Shown here in pieces: positions 28,824 to 39,343 of a DNA stretch of 64,000 bases. The DNA comes from a virus (lineage: Duplodnaviria; Caudoviricetes). Location of the stretch: positions 649 to 64,648 of the IMG/VR virus record IMGVR_UViG_3300044448_004493; one strand, written 5' to 3'. The notes beneath the pieces were generated by a model. It did no database searches, was not told where the DNA came from, and was given only the letters and a program-made list of their open reading frames with translations. Within the stretch, counting starts at the first letter, position 1. The number at the start of each line of letters is the position of its first letter. Both the position numbers and the translations under genes were made by a program.

Positions 28824-31502
28824 ATGTCAAAAATCGCACTCTTACCTGGGGGATTCAAACCCCCACATGCAGGTCATTATAATATGGCTAAGTGGTTAGC
28901 ATCTAATACAGATGCAGACACTGTAGTTATAAAAGTAGGTGCTAAAGAAAGAGATGGTATAACAAGAGAAATGTCTCTTAGATTATGGAATTTATATAGA
29001 ACCACAGATAAAGACCCATTAGCTAAAAAACTTACAATACTACCATCAGAATCTCCTTCACCAGTAAGAGATGTATATGATTTTGTTGAAAAAGAAGCAC
29101 CTGAAAATTCTACTATTTACTTAGGAATGGGAGAAAAAGACATTAATGATAAACGTTTTTCTAATATAGGTAAATTTGCTGAACCAAGAGGGATTACATT
29201 TAAAACATCTTTAGTACCCCCACAAGCAGGTGGTGTATCAGGTACTGAAATGAGAGGTTTTATTAAAGATAATAATAAAGAATCGTTTCAAAAATATCTA
29301 CCAGACCATATTGATAAAGATAAAGCTTGGGATTTAGTTTCATCTATAGAAGAAGATTTTTATGATCCAAGAAATAAATACTATGATTTTGCTAAAAGTA
29401 GTGAGTATAAAGCGGGGTATAGAGGAAAAAAAGATATACCTAGAAAAGGAGACCAAATACATAATAGACAAACAGCACCTGTTAGTTGGGAAGAAGGATT
29501 AACAACACATGAAAAAATCCATCAACTTTATGAATTAGGAGGTACTATGACACGTCAAGAAATGGCTAAACATAATAAAAATTTAAGACGTTTAAAAAAA
29601 GACCTTAAAAGATTAGATAAACAAAATAAATATTATGAAGTACCTAAATATTTAAAAGGCACCTTAACAAGAAAATTATACGAAAATCATGGTACAAGCA
29701 CAGCAACAATAAATGGCCATTTTATACCTTTGGAAATAATGGATACCCCTGAATTACAGATGCAAGGAATGATAGGTAGAGATTCATTAAAGGGGGGTAT
29801 GGTTTTTCCTTATAATAATATATCTCAAAGAGATTTTCATATGCAAAATTGTAAAATCCCTTTAGATATAATTTTTATAGTTAATAATAAAATAAATAAA
29901 ATAGAACATAACGCTCCTCCTTGTAAAGGGGGCTGGTGTCCTAAATATTCAGGAAAAGCAGACAATGTTTTAGAATTACCAGGGGGTTATTGTAAAAAAC
30001 ATAATATTAATATAGGAGATAATATAGGGTTAAATTTAAATAAAATACCTAAACAATTAAATGAATTAGATAAAGAAGATATAAAATCAATAGATAATTT
30101 TGCAGATAAACAATTAGATCCTGTGGATGTAGATTTAACTTCTAAACATTTTTTTGATAGATTAAATGATCCTCGTAATGATAAAAAAATTTCAAATGCT
30201 GAATTAATTGGATTTTTTAAACGTTTAGCCAAAAAGAAAAAAGAATTATTTGATTTTTTATCAAAGTATAAAGAAGTAGTAGCATCTGATAATAGAACAG
30301 ATATTAATATACCTTTTTTAAAACAAGTAGATAAAATAATAGCTAAAACAATAATGAGAAAAAAAGATTTTCAAACCACAAATCCACAATTATCTTTAGA
30401 AACAAGATTATTTTCAAAAAATTGGTGGTTAAATATTCTAACAGAAGGGGGCGCAGCGGGACATATGGCTCATCCTTTTAACTTACCTAATGTTAATTCA
30501 GGTAAAGATTTAAAAGATATATTTGAAAAATCAGCAAATTCACTCCAAACAAATCCAGGAGCAGTAAAAATAGATGGAGTAAATAGTTCTATTCGTTTAG
30601 TTGATTTAGATGGTAAAAAGCAATTTGTAATGGATAGAGGTTCTAAAAAACCTTTAGATATAAAAGGTATAACAAAAGATGATTTATTAAATAGATTTGG
30701 TGATGGACATGGAATGGTAAAAGTAGGAGGAGAAGTATTAGATATGTTTAATGAAGCATTACCTTCACTTGAAAATGATCTTAAAAAATTAGGTGCTTGG
30801 GAAAATCCAAATATTTTATTTAATATGGAATATGTTAGTGGTAAAACCAATGTACAAGAATATGGTTCAAATTTTATAGCAATTCATGGTTTAAATAAAA
30901 TAGAATCAAAAGAAGTACAAGGAGCAAGAAAAATGTTAACTAAAAGAGTATCTTCAGAAATATCTTATGATAAAAATGCTTTAGAATCATTACTTAAAAA
31001 TTTAGAACCAACAGCTAAAAAAAGAGGATATGAAATTTATGGATCTGTACCCACAAAAATGAAAAAGAAACCTAATTTCAATTCAGCATTATCTAAAAGA
31101 TATACAATAGAAGCAGGTGAAAATACAGAAACAAAATCATTAGGGGAATGGTTGAATATATTAAATAACATTCCTGAAGAAAGTTTTATATTTATGAACG
31201 TTAATGGTACTAGAAAAAAAGTTGGAGCTGTTTCTAAACAAGTTTATCTTGCAATTCTCCAAGGAGAAAATATAGATGATTTATTTGAAACATCTGAAGA
31301 TAGACAAAAAGCAGTAGAAGGATTTACAACTTACTTAGCTACTGAAAAATTAGGAGATGAAGTACTTAAAGTATTAGATTCACCTATGGGCTCAGTAGAA
31401 AACCATGAAGGAGTAGTAATTAGGGATAAAAGCATAGCTAGTGTTCCTTTTAAAATAACTGGAAAATTTATATTAGGTGGATTAGCTACTGGATTTAGAT
31501 AA
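28824..31502 (+). CDS. multidomain protein: HxGH nucleotidyltransferase + DUF192 + RNase-like domain + ligase-like nucleotidyltransferase
   Basis: PGGFKPPHAGH..VSGTEMR (28824-29354); QGMIGR..GMVFPY..FHMQNCKIPLDIIFI..VLELPGG (29685-30030); HFFDRLNDPRN (30066-30395); KIDG/EGVVI/FKITG (30447-31502). Confidence 0.7.
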   Translation: MSKIALLPGGFKPPHAGHYNMAKWLASNTDADTVVIKVGAKERDGITREMSLRLWNLYRTTDKDPLAKKLTILPSESPSPVRDVYDFVEKEAPENSTIYLGMGEKDINDKRFSNIGKFAEPRGITFKTSLVPPQAGGVSGTEMRGFIKDNNKESFQKYLPDHIDKDKAWDLVSSIEEDFYDPRNKYYDFAKSSEYKAGYRGKKDIPRKGDQIHNRQTAPVSWEEGLTTHEKIHQLYELGGTMTRQEMAKHNKNLRRLKKDLKRLDKQNKYYEVPKYLKGTLTRKLYENHGTSTATINGHFIPLEIMDTPELQMQGMIGRDSLKGGMVFPYNNISQRDFHMQNCKIPLDIIFIVNNKINKIEHNAPPCKGGWCPKYSGKADNVLELPGGYCKKHNINIGDNIGLNLNKIPKQLNELDKEDIKSIDNFADKQLDPVDVDLTSKHFFDRLNDPRNDKKISNAELIGFFKRLAKKKKELFDFLSKYKEVVASDNRTDINIPFLKQVDKIIAKTIMRKKDFQTTNPQLSLETRLFSKNWWLNILTEGGAAGHMAHPFNLPNVNSGKDLKDIFEKSANSLQTNPGAVKIDGVNSSIRLVDLDGKKQFVMDRGSKKPLDIKGITKDDLLNRFGDGHGMVKVGGEVLDMFNEALPSLENDLKKLGAWENPNILFNMEYVSGKTNVQEYGSNFIAIHGLNKIESKEVQGARKMLTKRVSSEISYDKNALESLLKNLEPTAKKRGYEIYGSVPTKMKKKPNFNSALSKRYTIEAGENTETKSLGEWLNILNNIPEESFIFMNVNGTRKKVGAVSKQVYLAILQGENIDDLFETSEDRQKAVEGFTTYLATEKLGDEVLKVLDSPMGSVENHEGVVIRDKSIASVPFKITGKFILGGLATGFR

Positions 31503-31510
31503 AAATTATT

Positions 31511-33139
31511 ATGAAGAAAAAAGATTTATATAAAATAGTCAAAAAAGAATTAAAAGAACAACTTCGAGGAAGGGACAATGAAATAGAACCTTTAGATAAT
31601 GAACCTATGGATTTTGATGATCTTGTGCCTGATGACTCAACACCACCACCAGATCCAGGAGGAACTGATTATGGCCCACTACTCGAATATTATTGTACTG
31701 CTGATTCCACAGCTAAATATGCTGGTACACTTGATATAGGTGATAAATTTTGTTGTGATGGAGACAGTAACAATGGTGCTCAGTCAAGTACTGGTGGGTT
31801 TGCTGGAGGAGTAGATAGTACTATAGCAGGAAGTCCATCTGGAGATTATTGTTTAGGTGTACATCAACAACAAAGTCTTACTCCCCCACCTCTTAATGAT
31901 TGTTCAGCTGGAACTTTAGCTGCTGATTGGGCTGCTTGGGTAGGTTTTAGCCAATGGCCTTATGGGGGAAATATAGTTACTGATACAGGAGTAGCAACAG
32001 CTAATACTCCTAATACAGCTTTTGGTCCTTATAGTTCTCTGCAGGCTGCAAAAATGAATTGTTGTCCTGATAAAAATAACCTAGCTACCAATCCAAATGG
32101 CACTTGTAGAGGATGTAGAGTTTCGGGTAATGATAACTATGGTTCTGGTTATACTATGTCAGCAAATAATTCTGATTGTATAACTTATGATTGTGATTTA
32201 TCAGCAAATCCACCATATGTTGCAGTAACTGGGCTTGGAGGAACACATGCTAATGCAGCAGCAGCAGCAGCAGCTTGTATAAGTACTACAGTTTACGGAT
32301 GTACTACAGTAGGAGACTGTAACGAAGATACGAATGCTACTGCAAATGATCCACTTTATTGTGTGGGAGTGCCTAATGGAGCATGTGAATCATGTAGCAC
32401 AGATCCATCTGCGGTAGATCCTACCTATAACCCAAGTGGTAATATAGTAGTAAGTAGTGTAGGGGCAACTGGAGGATGTAGTTGTGATGTACCAGGATCA
32501 GGTAATTATGATCCATCAAATTTAGGATGTCCTGATCAAAATAATGATCCAGATCCAGGTAATACTGGTTGTTGTACACCACCAAGCACCACAGCATGTA
32601 TGCAAATTAAAGCAGTAGAATGTAATTCTCATCAAATACCAGGACAACAATCAGTCCATATTACTCCTTGTGCAACTATTGATGGTCAAACACCCCAACA
32701 AGGAGATTCATATATGACAGGTAATGGAGTACCATATTTGATATATCTCCCTGATGGATCGGAATTTGTAAATCACTCAGGATATATAGATTATGAAGTA
32801 ATAGAAGTAAATATGCCAGATGCACCCGCAGGTCAGCCTGCACCAACACCAGTTAATCTTCAGGGGGGAATGTGTCCTAGACCTACAACTACAACACCAA
32901 AAGACCCAAGAACAAAACATCAGACTGATGGTCAATTTGCTAATCCATTTAGCCCTCAATTTGATACCGAACTTACACATTATCATGATAATCCGGCATT
33001 TAAAGATGAGGAAGAAATTATATCTGAAATTCAAACAAGTAAAAAATTAAGAGCTTTATTTGAAGAAGAATTTTCACTTAATGAAGAAAAAAAGTTAAGA
33101 AACTTAATTAAAAAGGTGTTAAAAAAGAAAATAAAATGA
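31511..33139 (+). CDS. Cys/Gly/Pro-rich protein with amphipathic tags at both ends, candidate head cargo
   Basis: MKKKDLYKIVKKELKE start, LNEEKKLRNLIKKVLKKKIK end, and many Cys between. Confidence 0.6.
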   Translation: MKKKDLYKIVKKELKEQLRGRDNEIEPLDNEPMDFDDLVPDDSTPPPDPGGTDYGPLLEYYCTADSTAKYAGTLDIGDKFCCDGDSNNGAQSSTGGFAGGVDSTIAGSPSGDYCLGVHQQQSLTPPPLNDCSAGTLAADWAAWVGFSQWPYGGNIVTDTGVATANTPNTAFGPYSSLQAAKMNCCPDKNNLATNPNGTCRGCRVSGNDNYGSGYTMSANNSDCITYDCDLSANPPYVAVTGLGGTHANAAAAAAACISTTVYGCTTVGDCNEDTNATANDPLYCVGVPNGACESCSTDPSAVDPTYNPSGNIVVSSVGATGGCSCDVPGSGNYDPSNLGCPDQNNDPDPGNTGCCTPPSTTACMQIKAVECNSHQIPGQQSVHITPCATIDGQTPQQGDSYMTGNGVPYLIYLPDGSEFVNHSGYIDYEVIEVNMPDAPAGQPAPTPVNLQGGMCPRPTTTTPKDPRTKHQTDGQFANPFSPQFDTELTHYHDNPAFKDEEEIISEIQTSKKLRALFEEEFSLNEEKKLRNLIKKVLKKKIK

Positions 33140-33591
33140 AAAAACAACCTTTAATAGAACGTTTTCAAAAATTAGCAGGTATTAAATCTCTATATGAACA
33201 AGAAGATGTTGACTTAACAAGTGGAGAAATTGAAATTAGTTTAGAAGATTTAGATTTTGAAACACTTAAAAAAGCTTTTCCTAATCATTATCAAAAAGAA
33301 AAATTTATACGTCCTCAAACAGGTAAACCTTACTATGAAGATGCTATTTCATTTCCTAATTTAGATGACAGTAGTATGGTAATAGGGGATGAATTAGCAT
33401 TAGGGGATTGGAAAGATAAAGTAAGTAGACGATTTGGAAACGTTGAAATAGTATTTAATAATGAAGCAAAAAATAGTTGGGATAGAGTATTTGTATCTGA
33501 CGATGCATTTAATGCTGCGAGAGATAAATTTATTAGAGGAAAAATGTCAGCTATGCAAAGAGATATGGATAAAGGTAGAAGTATAGATTAA
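33136..33591 (+). CDS. hypothetical protein with an N-terminal RFQKLAGI tag
   Basis: MKKQPLIERFQKLAGIKSLYE start. Confidence 0.6.
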   Translation: MKKQPLIERFQKLAGIKSLYEQEDVDLTSGEIEISLEDLDFETLKKAFPNHYQKEKFIRPQTGKPYYEDAISFPNLDDSSMVIGDELALGDWKDKVSRRFGNVEIVFNNEAKNSWDRVFVSDDAFNAARDKFIRGKMSAMQRDMDKGRSID

Positions 33592-33600
33592 AATAAAGTT

Positions 33601-34176
33601 ATGTTAAAAAAAGAATTTAAAAGAAAAGATGTAAATAGAGTCCGTAATTTAGTTATGGGTAAAAATGATGCATCTACAGGTACACAAATTGGTTACAATA
33701 AAAAAACAAAAGACTATAAAGAAGGAGACATTTGGACAGAAGGAAGAAAAACATGGACAATTAAAAACGGTATAAAACAAACAGTATCTAAATTAGATAA
33801 AATTAAAAAAGAAGTATTTATGCCCTTATGTTGTCCTAAATGTAATAAAGTAATGAAACATCGTTTTGATGAACCTAATTATAAAATTCATAAAAAATGT
33901 TGGAGTTGTGTTATAGAATTTGAACATAAATTAAGAACAGAGGGAGTTTATAATGATTATGAAAAAAATCTAAAAATAAAAAACAAAATATCTTTATTAG
34001 ATGAAACTGAATCATATTTATTAGATATAGCTAATGCATCAAACGAAGGATATGTTTCTGAAGATGGAGTAGTTGAAAAATGGGTTGGAGGTATAGATAA
34101 AAATAAATTTACTAAAGACCTTAAACAATATGTTTCTAATACTAGAGAAAAGTTAAAAAAGGAATTAAATGACTAA
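33601..34176 (+). CDS. zinc-finger (CxxC..CxxC) protein
   Basis: CPKC and CWSC pairs. Confidence 0.6.
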   Translation: MLKKEFKRKDVNRVRNLVMGKNDASTGTQIGYNKKTKDYKEGDIWTEGRKTWTIKNGIKQTVSKLDKIKKEVFMPLCCPKCNKVMKHRFDEPNYKIHKKCWSCVIEFEHKLRTEGVYNDYEKNLKIKNKISLLDETESYLLDIANASNEGYVSEDGVVEKWVGGIDKNKFTKDLKQYVSNTREKLKKELND

Positions 34177-34417
34177 AAAAGAACTCAGAGAATTAATAAA
34201 TGCAGTCATTAAAGAATATATGGGCACAGGATCTAGTGGAGGGAACGCTGGAGATGGTAATAATATTACTTCTCCTAGAGTAGGGGGAGAATTCCCTACT
34301 GATGCTGAAGAAAAAGAACACTATAATAATAAAAATGTATATGGGGCCGAAGGGGGACATTATAAAAAAGAACCAGCTTTTCACAACCCTAATAGAACTA
34401 ATTTTACAAAATTTTAA
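34169..34417 (+). CDS. small tagged protein
   Basis: MTKKELRELINAVIKE followed by a Gly-rich peptide. Confidence 0.55.
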   Translation: MTKKELRELINAVIKEYMGTGSSGGNAGDGNNITSPRVGGEFPTDAEEKEHYNNKNVYGAEGGHYKKEPAFHNPNRTNFTKF

Positions 34418-34422
34418 AAAAA

Positions 34423-36126
34423 ATGAAAAAATTTAATTATAAAAAATGGGTAGTAGAAAATAAATACTATGGTAAACAACCACTAAATGAATTTTGGGGT
34501 ATAATTGCGGGATATGTAGCTAATTGGTTATATGATAGATTAAGTGATTATTATGGATCTGGTAACCCGCTAGATTGGTTTGGTGGTATGGAAATCCCAC
34601 CTCCACCACCATTTGGAATGCCTTTAGATGATGTAAAAGTGATAGCATCAACAAATGGTAATTTTGAAAACCCTGAAAACCCAGAAGAATTATATAGAGT
34701 AGTTATGAAATATAAACATCTTACTCCTTATGCTGATGCTCAAACTAGGGGAGATATGAAGATGATAAGAGAACAAGAAGATAAAGATCAGTATGGCCGT
34801 ACTCAGGCTGATAGAGACTGGGAACAGGGTATCAACCCAAAAACAGACAAAAAAAGTACAGCACAGAATTCACCCTCTCAAGAAGAAAAAGTTAAAGTAA
34901 GTATAGATGGAGAAAAAACAGACGTTACAATTAATTATAAACCAGGTAGTAATCTTCAAGATGTTCAAATCAGTTGGGGAGAAGAATCACATACCGTAGA
35001 TTTTGAATACGATGACACAATGGATGATCATGGTAATGAAGGTATGGACACATGGTTTACAGCAGAATCAGAAGATGGTAAATGGAAATTTGGATTAGAA
35101 GTTTATGTAGAAGCTAGTTTTCATAATTCAGGTAATATAGGAGATTGGGATTGGAATTCTTTAGAAATAGAAATAGATGATTCTAAGAAGGATGAACCTG
35201 TAGATGAAGCTAGGGGCCCATCAGGATGTCCCCCTGTATCTTGTAGAGATGGGTTAACACAACATCCAGATACTTGTAAATGTGTTCGAACTAGCTCTCT
35301 TATGGAATCTAAATTAAAAAAAGTAATAAAAAAACATTTGAGAAAATTAAATGAACAAACACAGGATCAATGTGAAAGTTTACAATCACACCCTAGTTTT
35401 CCAATGTGTTGTGAAAATGCTATAGGAGGTAATCCTCCTAACCCACAAGCTTGGTGGGAAGCAGATGAATGTACAAATATTTTTAATACCGCAGCTAGTA
35501 TGGGATTAAATCAAACACAACTTGAAAATTGTTGTAAAGGTGTTTATAGTACTGGTTGTGAAGTAACATTACCAGCGTCTCACCCGTCTTGTGTAAAATG
35601 TTTCTCAAATCAAGCACAAGGATCCCCAGTTCCTCCAGGAGGAGCAGCAGCAGGAGCTCCAGGATCTGGAGATAATTGTGAATGTTGTGAAGATGATTCA
35701 GGAGAAGATCCATGTAGTGATAAAAATACAGCTCATGCACAATGTTTTTGGTGTAGACAAGAAAATAACCCTACACAAACATGTTCTATGGTGGGAGCTA
35801 ATTTAGGATACGCTTTATCTAATAATATTCCTTTATTTTCAGATATAAATGATTGTCATGCACAAACAAGTTGTAATGGTCCTGGTGAAGATCCAGAAAT
35901 AAAATGTCAATGTTGTGATAAACATAATCAACCTGTATCTATGGTACAAACAGTACCTTCTACTCCAGGATGTAGTGTTTTAAATAACCCACCAAATTTT
36001 ACAAATTGTCAAACCCATCCATTATCTGGAGGAACACCGATAAAATGTAAAACACTACCAGGCCCAATAGATGATTTCCCTGTAGGTTTATCAGAAATGG
36101 TAAAAGCTTTAGGATATATAAAATAA
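34423..36126 (+). CDS. modular polyprotein, candidate head cargo
   Basis: QPLNE-FWG module homologous to the first module of 1586..3538; PVDE, LME and LNE boundaries; Cys-rich C-terminal half. Confidence 0.6.
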   Translation: MKKFNYKKWVVENKYYGKQPLNEFWGIIAGYVANWLYDRLSDYYGSGNPLDWFGGMEIPPPPPFGMPLDDVKVIASTNGNFENPENPEELYRVVMKYKHLTPYADAQTRGDMKMIREQEDKDQYGRTQADRDWEQGINPKTDKKSTAQNSPSQEEKVKVSIDGEKTDVTINYKPGSNLQDVQISWGEESHTVDFEYDDTMDDHGNEGMDTWFTAESEDGKWKFGLEVYVEASFHNSGNIGDWDWNSLEIEIDDSKKDEPVDEARGPSGCPPVSCRDGLTQHPDTCKCVRTSSLMESKLKKVIKKHLRKLNEQTQDQCESLQSHPSFPMCCENAIGGNPPNPQAWWEADECTNIFNTAASMGLNQTQLENCCKGVYSTGCEVTLPASHPSCVKCFSNQAQGSPVPPGGAAAGAPGSGDNCECCEDDSGEDPCSDKNTAHAQCFWCRQENNPTQTCSMVGANLGYALSNNIPLFSDINDCHAQTSCNGPGEDPEIKCQCCDKHNQPVSMVQTVPSTPGCSVLNNPPNFTNCQTHPLSGGTPIKCKTLPGPIDDFPVGLSEMVKALGYIK

Positions 36127-36132
36127 AATAAA

Positions 36133-37980
36133 ATGTCTGCAGATACTTTAAAATCTTTTATAAAAAAAACACTCAAAGAATTTAAGGGAAGCCCTTATGG
36201 TCATGCAACTCTTACTACTAGAGATTCAGGAACAATGTATAGTAGATTTACTAGAACAGGTAGACCACCAGGTATAATGGAAAATGAATTAGCAGATTTA
36301 GAAACTCGTTTAGCCCAATTATATAGAGAAATGGAACAAGAGGCTGAACCAGAAGGAGGCCCTATTGCAGACCAATATGCTGATGAAATTCATAAATTAG
36401 AAAGAGAAATTTCAGCATTAAAAGGAGATTCGGAAGGTGGAGCATCATATGATGAAGTATACCTTAAAGGTAAATTAGTTGGAATGACAGATGCCTATGA
36501 ATATAATAATGGTAAAATTACAATTTATCCAGATTTAGGTTCTCTTCAATATAAAAGTAGATCTACTCAAGAAATAGTATTTACAAAAGATAGAGGAGAA
36601 ATAGCTTTTGTAAGAGCTTTTGGAAACAGACCTATATATGATGAACTTAAAAACGTATTTCCTGAAATCCCTGTACCAGGAAGTTCACAATATTCAGGAT
36701 TTATAAATATATTAGCAGATGATGGACCTATTCCTGTAGATTTAGATACAGCAAAAGCAATGATTCAAGCTATGAAAAAAGGAAAAGACGCAGAAGCAAG
36801 AGCACAATCAGCTTTTTATACAAGACAACCTGGAAGAGGAGGCACGGGAATAGATGAATCAAAACTCCCTGCGAGTGTAATGGATAAATTACAAAAATGG
36901 TGGCATAAAATAAAAGGAACCCTTGGTGAAGAAATAACTGATAAAGAAGAAAAAAAGCTTAAAAAAATAGAAAAAGGACTTAATAAAGCTTCTAAATTAC
37001 ATAAAGCACAATCAGCTGCTTTAGCAAATTCTTCAAAAGCACATAAAAGTCAAGCTAACATAATTAATAAAATAGTTGGTGAAGAAGAAATACATGGTAA
37101 AGAAGTAGTAATAACAGCTGAGGGATTACAAAAAGCCCTCGAATTTATAGGTAAATATCTTACTAGAGAACGTGCAAGAGAATTAAATAGTGATTCTATT
37201 AATAGATTATTTAAATTATTTGATGTAGAAGATTTAAAAACTTTAATTGATATTTTTCCAAGAAAGATAAAAGACCTTAAACCTATTCTTAAAAAAATGG
37301 AACCAGCAGAAGCTAAAAAGTTTGGTTTAGAAATAAATAAATTACATGTTGATATGAAAAGAAAAAATCTAAAAGAACAAGCAGCTGAAGATAAAGCTTA
37401 TCAAAGAAAATTAAAATCAATGCAAAAAGCAGTCCTTCAATTTCAAATGAATTATGTAATTAAAAAAATGAATGATGCTAGATCTAAAGCTTCTCAAGCA
37501 ATGAGTAAAAGTTCAGAAAGTTTTGAAAAACAAATAGCAGCATTAAAAAAACAAATACAAGCAATAGATAAACCCCCTAAACAACAAGGACAAGGTCAAC
37601 AAAATGAAAACTTATTACAACAATATATAAATGAAAGAAAAAATAGTGATTTAATGAGTTTTATGGATACTTATAGAAGAGGAATATTGTTAGAAGGAAC
37701 TATGAAAGATGTGTTTAAATTATTTGATAAAGGTAAAACAAATGAAGAAGTAATTAAATATTATGAAGATTCGGGAATTACTATGCCTGAACAATTTTTA
37801 AAGAAAATAAAAACACATTATGAAAATTTTAAAAAATTAAAATTAGAAATGGGGTTTGCTGAACAAGAAGCTAAAGATGTAGTTGTTCCCACTCCTCCAG
37901 AAATACAATTATTTGATATTCCTGAAGAAGAACCAAAACAATTATCTTCAGAATTATCAAAAGAAAAACAAAATAAATAA
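36133..37980 (+). CDS. modular charged protein, candidate head cargo
   Basis: [16 protein letters not shown] start; repeated (I/L)xE boundaries. Confidence 0.55.
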   Translation: MSADTLKSFIKKTLKEFKGSPYGHATLTTRDSGTMYSRFTRTGRPPGIMENELADLETRLAQLYREMEQEAEPEGGPIADQYADEIHKLEREISALKGDSEGGASYDEVYLKGKLVGMTDAYEYNNGKITIYPDLGSLQYKSRSTQEIVFTKDRGEIAFVRAFGNRPIYDELKNVFPEIPVPGSSQYSGFINILADDGPIPVDLDTAKAMIQAMKKGKDAEARAQSAFYTRQPGRGGTGIDESKLPASVMDKLQKWWHKIKGTLGEEITDKEEKKLKKIEKGLNKASKLHKAQSAALANSSKAHKSQANIINKIVGEEEIHGKEVVITAEGLQKALEFIGKYLTRERARELNSDSINRLFKLFDVEDLKTLIDIFPRKIKDLKPILKKMEPAEAKKFGLEINKLHVDMKRKNLKEQAAEDKAYQRKLKSMQKAVLQFQMNYVIKKMNDARSKASQAMSKSSESFEKQIAALKKQIQAIDKPPKQQGQGQQNENLLQQYINERKNSDLMSFMDTYRRGILLEGTMKDVFKLFDKGKTNEEVIKYYEDSGITMPEQFLKKIKTHYENFKKLKLEMGFAEQEAKDVVVPTPPEIQLFDIPEEEPKQLSSELSKEKQNK

Positions 37981-37984
37981 AATT

Positions 37985-38263
37985 ATGGCAGGAATAAGAG
38001 TAAAATTAATATCAGGAAGTCAATCAGCAACAGGTAGCTTTACTAAACTTCTTTATTCAGGATCAGGAACTATATGTGATAGAATAGATTTTGGAAATTT
38101 AAAAGACCCTTATGATGGAGGGACATATAATACAGTTACAGATTTACAAGCATTAAATCATGGAACATATTTAGATGGTCCTATTGCAAGTTTTCATGTA
38201 AAAGATGAATCAGGAGCAGTATTAGCTTATTATAATGATGGAACTTTAAAAAACGTACAATAA
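37985..38263 (+). CDS. small beta-rich virion protein, paralog of the next gene
   Basis: Start moved to ATG 37985; ATGSFTKL..SGSGT..RIDFG..DP..TYLDGPI..AVLAY. Confidence 0.6.
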   Translation: MAGIRVKLISGSQSATGSFTKLLYSGSGTICDRIDFGNLKDPYDGGTYNTVTDLQALNHGTYLDGPIASFHVKDESGAVLAYYNDGTLKNVQ

Positions 38264-38264
38264 A

Positions 38265-38531
38265 ATGACAAATAGACCATACGCAAAAAATGCAATATAT
38301 GTTGCTCCTAATACAGATGCAACAGGTAGTTTTTCAAAAATATTTGTATCTGGATCTAATACAGTATTTAATAGAATAGAATGGGGAACATATGCAGATC
38401 CTATAAACCCAGTTATAGGAAAACACGTTAATAAAATAGATGGTTTTCCTGCTAACACATACTTAGAAGGCCCAATTATTGCTTTTTCTATACAAAATGG
38501 AACAGCAGGAGTAATAGCATATAAAGAATAA
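38265..38531 (+). CDS. small beta-rich virion protein, paralog of the previous gene
   Basis: ATGSFSKI..SGSNT..RIEWG..DP..TYLEGPI..GVIAY. Confidence 0.6.
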   Translation: MTNRPYAKNAIYVAPNTDATGSFSKIFVSGSNTVFNRIEWGTYADPINPVIGKHVNKIDGFPANTYLEGPIIAFSIQNGTAGVIAYKE

Positions 38532-38962
38532 TGGATAGTCTTAAAAAATATATAAAAAAAGAGCTTAAATCTTTAATGGAAGCTACAATAATAAAAAGAT
38601 ATCCAATACCTCCTGAAATTAAACATGCTTTAGAAAATGATCTTAGAATGAAACCTTTACAACGTTTTGTAAAAAACCTAAAAGCAGTTAATTCTATTCC
38701 TCCTTCATATAGAATATTTCTTTTAAATGGTCAACATTTTGATATATATTATGAATCATATTCTTTAATGGCTAAAATAGGGATAGACGAATATTATTTG
38801 GGGGATATAGAAGAAAAAAATTATGCTATAAAACATATCAATAGATTAATGACTGAACCTTTAATGAAAAAAGGGGATGATGAATCAGAAGGGGATATAG
38901 CACCTCCACCAGTTGGCCCCCCTGATGCTTCAGGAGAACCAACTGAAGAACCAGAAGTATAA
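38531..38962 (+). CDS. tagged hypothetical protein
   Basis: MDSLKKYIKKELKSLME start. Confidence 0.55.
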   Translation: MDSLKKYIKKELKSLMEATIIKRYPIPPEIKHALENDLRMKPLQRFVKNLKAVNSIPPSYRIFLLNGQHFDIYYESYSLMAKIGIDEYYLGDIEEKNYAIKHINRLMTEPLMKKGDDESEGDIAPPPVGPPDASGEPTEEPEV

Positions 38963-39339
38963 TGGATTATAAAGAAAAGTTTGGAGATTTATATAGGACT
39001 GCTAAAGAAAAATACAATATTCAACAGCAACCTAAATTAATTTTACGTCAAGATGAAGTAAATGCTCAAAAAATATTTGGAAGGACTGCATATTATGATC
39101 CAGAAGAACAAATAATTGTTGTATTTATTACAGATAGACATCCAAAAGATATTTTAAGATCTTTTTGTCACGAATTAATCCATCATGTTCAAAATGAACG
39201 AGGTGATTTAAACAGGGGAGATGCTTCCAGCCCCACTTATGCTCAAGATGATGAACATATGAGAAAAATGGAAATGGAAGCTTATTTAAAAGGCAATTTA
39301 TTGCTTAGAGATTTTGAAGATAATTTTAAATACCAATAA
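38962..39339 (+). CDS. HExxH zincin-like metallopeptidase-motif protein
   Basis: DILRSFCHELIHHVQ with a downstream EMEAY third-ligand-type motif. Confidence 0.6.
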   Translation: MDYKEKFGDLYRTAKEKYNIQQQPKLILRQDEVNAQKIFGRTAYYDPEEQIIVVFITDRHPKDILRSFCHELIHHVQNERGDLNRGDASSPTYAQDDEHMRKMEMEAYLKGNLLLRDFEDNFKYQ

Positions 39340-39343
39340 TTAA

